Below the pieces are notes generated by a model. That model was not told the DNA's origin, ran no database searches, and was given only the letters and a program-made list of their open reading frames with translations. From the IMG/VR virus record IMGVR_UViG_3300044639_001144: a stretch of DNA of 64,000 nt, one strand, 5' to 3'. This document shows positions 59,958-64,000 of this stretch, in pieces (positions within the stretch are counted from its first letter, which is position 1; each line of letters starts with the position of its first letter). This DNA is from a virus. The translations under genes were made by a program, and so were the position numbers.

Positions 59958-60009
59958 CTTAAACACCCCAGATTATTAATACCATAAATACTGTAACATT
60001 GGAACGACC

Positions 60010-63000
60010 ATGGCTACATCTACAAGACAAACAGTATTATTTGGAGTTGAAGATTGGAAAAGAATCTATCAAACCTATAGTGAAGGCAATTTTCAAAGCT
60101 ATGATTTTGAAACCTTACGTAAGAGTTTCATAGATTACCTACGTCAGTACTATCCAGAAACATTCAATGATTATATTGAATCATCAGAATTTATTGCATT
60201 GCTTGATGTTATGGCATTTATGGGTCAAGCATTGGCATTTCGTACAGATTTAAATACACGCGAAAACTATATTGACACAGCAGAACGTCGTGACAGCGTT
60301 ATTAAACTTGCTAATTTAGTTTCTTATAATCCACAACGTAATACAGAAGCTAATGGATATCTTAAAGTATTTTCAGTACAAACTACTGAAAATATAACAG
60401 ATTATAACGGAATAAACTTAGCTAACCTTACAATTAACTGGGCTGATCCTAGTAATTTTGATTGGCAAGAACAATTTACAGCTATTATTAATGCTTCTTT
60501 AGTTGATACACAAAATATAGGTTCTCCCGGCAATGATCAAGTTATATTAGGTATAGACACAAAAGAATATACTATCAATTTAGTTCCTGGATATTTGCCA
60601 GTAGTGCCGTATACAGCAACTATTAATGGTGTTAGCATGCCATTCGAAGCAGTTAATGCCACTTCTCTTGGCGAAACTTATATATATGAACCGCCTCCAT
60701 TGCCAAATGGTCAGTTTAACATTTTATATCGAAACGATCAACTAGGGTTTCAGTCAGCTAATACCGGATTTTTCTTTTATTTTAAACAAGGATCTTTACA
60801 AAATCAAGATTTTAACTTAGTAGAGCAAATTGCCAATCGTACGGTTGATATTAATATCGAAGGTATTAATAATACAGATGTTTGGTTATATCAACTTGAC
60901 AATGTAGGAAATGTTAGTGAAATTTGGTCAAAAGTTCCTTCAATTTACGCAGCAGCAGTAGAGCAAATGTCTCCTAATCTGCGTAACGCATATTCAGTAA
61001 CAAGTCGTACCAATGATCAAATTACATTAGCTTTTGGTGATAATGTTTTTGCTGCTATTCCGGTTGGGCAATTCCGTAACTATGTTCGTGCATCTAATGG
61101 ATTACAATATGTTATTAATCCAGAAAATATGCAGTCAATACAGATTCCTATATCTTATGTTAGTCGAACTGGACAACTTGAAACTTTAACTTTTAATTGT
61201 GGTATTACTACTCCGGTAACTAACGCCGCGGCTCGCGAAACTATCGATCAAATTAAACAACGTGCTCCTGCTCGTTATTATACACAAAATCGTATGGTTA
61301 ACGGTGAAGATTACACTAATTTTCCATTCACAACTTATAATTCTATCATTAAAAGTTCTGCACTTAATCGTAGTTCAATAGGAACTAGTCGATACTTAGA
61401 TTTAGTTGATCCCACAGGTAAGTATTCATCTACGAATGTATTTGGTGCCGATGGTGCATTATGGTATATTAATAATACTCCTGCGTTTACGTTTACATTC
61501 CAAACTAATAATGATATTAATAATGTTATCTTGAATGATATTACACCTATATTATCGAAAGTAACGTTTAAACAATTTTATTACGCATATTTCCCACGCC
61601 CAAGTTTAACGTATTTAAACTACACATGGAGTAAAAGCACAACTATAGTAAATGAAACTACTGGTTATTTTCAAAATAGTAGCGGTGTTCCTATGCCAGT
61701 TGGGCCAACAGTTAGTAATGATGCTTTTTTTATTAATGAAACGGCCCTAGTTAAATTTGTTCCACCTAGTGGATATCACTTTGATACTAATAATGAATTA
61801 AAACCTGGTGTACCCACTGAAGCAGATGACCATTTAGTAATTTGGGCTAGTATAACTGCACTTTATGGAGATGGTACTAATAGTGGGGCAGGTAATTTAA
61901 CAGATGGCACAGGGCCAGTAGTACTGAATACATATGTTCCAACAGGAGCTATTCCAACAGAAGTTATTCCTATTCTAACTACTATTTTTGATTCAACATT
62001 ACAAAGTTCTATACTTAATCAAATTTATTTGAAACAAAATTTTGGACTTGGATATGATAGTACTGGTGCAATTACTGGAACTGCTTACTCGTGGTACATT
62101 ATAACTTCATCTAATCTTGATACAGGTGCGACTTGGAGTCAAACAAACGCTGGTAATACAGCAGGTGCAAATCTTGATGCCAGTTGGCTGGTACAAGCAA
62201 CTTTTGATGGTTCGCAATACACAGTGATATCACGCAGTCTTAATTATTATTTTGGCAGTGTGTTAGAAGTGCGGTTTTTCTTTGACTCTGCTCAAGCGAT
62301 TTATGATAGTCGTACTGGCACAGTTATATCAGATTTTGCTAAAGTTTTACGATCGAATAGTCAGCCAACAAACAATGCTCCGTTATTAACGGACATACCA
62401 CTTAAAATTATTGGACAACCAGTGTTAAGTGATGGATTAGTTGATGATTATCAAGTATTAGTTGGTTACCAAGATTTTAACAATGATGGTATTCCTGATG
62501 ATCCAGATTTTTTCCAACAAATTGTCGGAGTATCTCCAGCAAGTACTACTATTCCGCAGCCATATGTTTATTTCCAACTGACTGTTGATTTTGACAATTT
62601 AGAACGTTATTTGTTACAACCAAACGGAATTGTAGACGATGATTATGCTACATTATCACAAATTCAACTGGTGAAAGAACAATACCCAACGGGACAGATA
62701 TTTTATGCTTACCAAGAAAATAATTTTTATACGTTAACATTAACATTAACAGGCACTAGAACATTATCATTGACACAAGGATGGTTAGCACAAGTTGGTC
62801 GTCAAGATTTATATTTTCAATATCGTCATAATTCATCATTGACTAATCTTATTGATCCAGGCAGTACAAATATCATTGATTTGTATGTAGTAACATTGGC
62901 TTATTATACAGCGTATTCACAATGGATACGCGATACAACAGGTACAGTTTCACAACCATTGCCTCCAACTATTAATGAATTGACAACAGCTTATGCTGGA

Positions 63001-63441
63001 TTGCAAGATTATAAAATGATAAGCGATAATATGATTCTCAATAGCGTGGAATTTTTGCCGTTATTTGGTAGCAAAGCTCCAGAGGCATTGCGAGCTATTA
63101 TTAGAGTTGTTCCGGCTGCAAATACCAATGCTAGCAATAATCAAATTCAAAATTTAGTATTATCGACTATGAATGCATATTTTGACATTGCTAATTGGAA
63201 TTTTGGACAAACGTTTTATTTCTCTGAATTAGCGTCTTATATACATAATCAAATTGGAACTTACGTAGCATCTGTAGTATTAGTTCCGCTTAATCCGCAA
63301 AAATCATTCGGTGATTTATACGAAGTACAATGTGCTCCGTATCAAATTTTCGTCAATGGTGCTACTATTAACAATATTGAAATTATTCAAACGTTAACTA
63401 GCACCAACTTACAAACTGCCCCTGGTAGTGGAGCAATTTAA
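60010..63441 (+). CDS. gp6: Baseplate wedge subunit
   Basis: DFETLRK..IDYLR...FNDY.ESS, RENYIDTAERRDSV.KLA, FGD, ET..QIK..AP..YYTQNRMV.GEDY motifs. Confidence 0.9.
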   Translation: MATSTRQTVLFGVEDWKRIYQTYSEGNFQSYDFETLRKSFIDYLRQYYPETFNDYIESSEFIALLDVMAFMGQALAFRTDLNTRENYIDTAERRDSVIKLANLVSYNPQRNTEANGYLKVFSVQTTENITDYNGINLANLTINWADPSNFDWQEQFTAIINASLVDTQNIGSPGNDQVILGIDTKEYTINLVPGYLPVVPYTATINGVSMPFEAVNATSLGETYIYEPPPLPNGQFNILYRNDQLGFQSANTGFFFYFKQGSLQNQDFNLVEQIANRTVDINIEGINNTDVWLYQLDNVGNVSEIWSKVPSIYAAAVEQMSPNLRNAYSVTSRTNDQITLAFGDNVFAAIPVGQFRNYVRASNGLQYVINPENMQSIQIPISYVSRTGQLETLTFNCGITTPVTNAAARETIDQIKQRAPARYYTQNRMVNGEDYTNFPFTTYNSIIKSSALNRSSIGTSRYLDLVDPTGKYSSTNVFGADGALWYINNTPAFTFTFQTNNDINNVILNDITPILSKVTFKQFYYAYFPRPSLTYLNYTWSKSTTIVNETTGYFQNSSGVPMPVGPTVSNDAFFINETALVKFVPPSGYHFDTNNELKPGVPTEADDHLVIWASITALYGDGTNSGAGNLTDGTGPVVLNTYVPTGAIPTEVIPILTTIFDSTLQSSILNQIYLKQNFGLGYDSTGAITGTAYSWYIITSSNLDTGATWSQTNAGNTAGANLDASWLVQATFDGSQYTVISRSLNYYFGSVLEVRFFFDSAQAIYDSRTGTVISDFAKVLRSNSQPTNNAPLLTDIPLKIIGQPVLSDGLVDDYQVLVGYQDFNNDGIPDDPDFFQQIVGVSPASTTIPQPYVYFQLTVDFDNLERYLLQPNGIVDDDYATLSQIQLVKEQYPTGQIFYAYQENNFYTLTLTLTGTRTLSLTQGWLAQVGRQDLYFQYRHNSSLTNLIDPGSTNIIDLYVVTLAYYTAYSQWIRDTTGTVSQPLPPTINELTTAYAGLQDYKMISDNMILNSVEFLPLFGSKAPEALRAIIRVVPAANTNASNNQIQNLVLSTMNAYFDIANWNFGQTFYFSELASYIHNQIGTYVASVVLVPLNPQKSFGDLYEVQCAPYQIFVNGATINNIEIIQTLTSTNLQTAPGSGAI

Positions 63442-64000
63442 TGGCCGCAAAAATTCGTTCTGTTGATTTTTTACCTGAGATATTTCAAACTCCGGTAAAC
63501 ACTCAGTTTTTAACAGCTACACTTGATCAATTAATTCAAGAACCTAAATATAAACAAACACAAGGGTTTATTGGTCAAAAAGTTGGACCCGGAGTCATAC
63601 CGACTGATGGATATGTAGTCGAACCAACAGCAAATCGTAACAATTATCAATTAGAACCAGGTGTAGTGAGTTTAGACCCAACAACATCAAAAATTAAAGA
63701 TGCCATTACATATCCGGGTATTATTAATGCATTAGCCATACAAGGCGGTATTACTAATCAAGCAGATAGATTGTTTGAAAGTGAATACTATAGTTGGGAT
63801 CCATTTGTAGATTTTGACAAATATAATAATTATGCTCAATATTATTGGATGCCTGACGGACCAGATTTAGTTACTGTTGCTCCTACATCAATCCCAACCG
63901 AACAAACATTTAATGTTACACGCGGTAACGGGGCTTATTCATTTACTGATTATGCTGGCACTAATCCAACATTGACTTTAGTACGCAATGGTAGATACAA
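63441..64000 (+). CDS. Baseplate wedge protein (gp7-like), truncated by the window end; absent from the ORF track
   Basis: ATG overlaps the gp6 stop; MAAKIRSVDFLPEIFQTPVNTQFL.ATLDQL...; no stop seen before 64000. Confidence 0.65.
   Translation, partial: MAAKIRSVDFLPEIFQTPVNTQFLTATLDQLIQEPKYKQTQGFIGQKVGPGVIPTDGYVVEPTANRNNYQLEPGVVSLDPTTSKIKDAITYPGIINALAIQGGITNQADRLFESEYYSWDPFVDFDKYNNYAQYYWMPDGPDLVTVAPTSIPTEQTFNVTRGNGAYSFTDYAGTNPTLTLVRNGRY

Noticed and set aside
1-64000. Stop-codon reassignment as seen in some large phages
   Set aside because: Core genes are full length under the standard code, and TAG terminates the HNH gene, gp55 and 58030..59568 normally.

Overview
A 64-kb segment of a large, AT-rich T4-like myovirus genome, almost entirely the virion morphogenesis region. 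1-22.6 kb (minus strand) holds a battery of very long Gly/Asn/Thr-rich fibre or appendage genes built from shared DNA modules. 22.8-31.8 kb is an accessory block with a TPR-glycosyltransferase, an adhesin-like fibre and two tandem beta-propeller-like repeat genes. A free-standing HNH endonuclease then precedes the head module (gp23, gp22, gp21, gp20), two paralogous tape-measure-like lytic proteins, a gp26-like hub/assembly gene, a ~570-nt structured non-coding region, a GIY-YIG nuclease, gp46/gp47/gp55 and, on the plus strand, the baseplate module (gp48-like, gp53, hub, gp5, gp25, gp6, start of gp7-like). A TAAATA late-promoter motif precedes most transcription units. Best leads: (1) a candidate large structured ncRNA and hairpin locus downstream of the GIY-YIG nuclease; (2) a T_TTT_TTC -1 frameshift site fusing the gp26-like gene to an unlisted 58-codon ORF; (3) a repeat-flanked cassette of propeller genes with constant scaffold and variable loops; (4) a possible virion protein glycosylation system. 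All product calls come from motif recognition and synteny; no searches were run.
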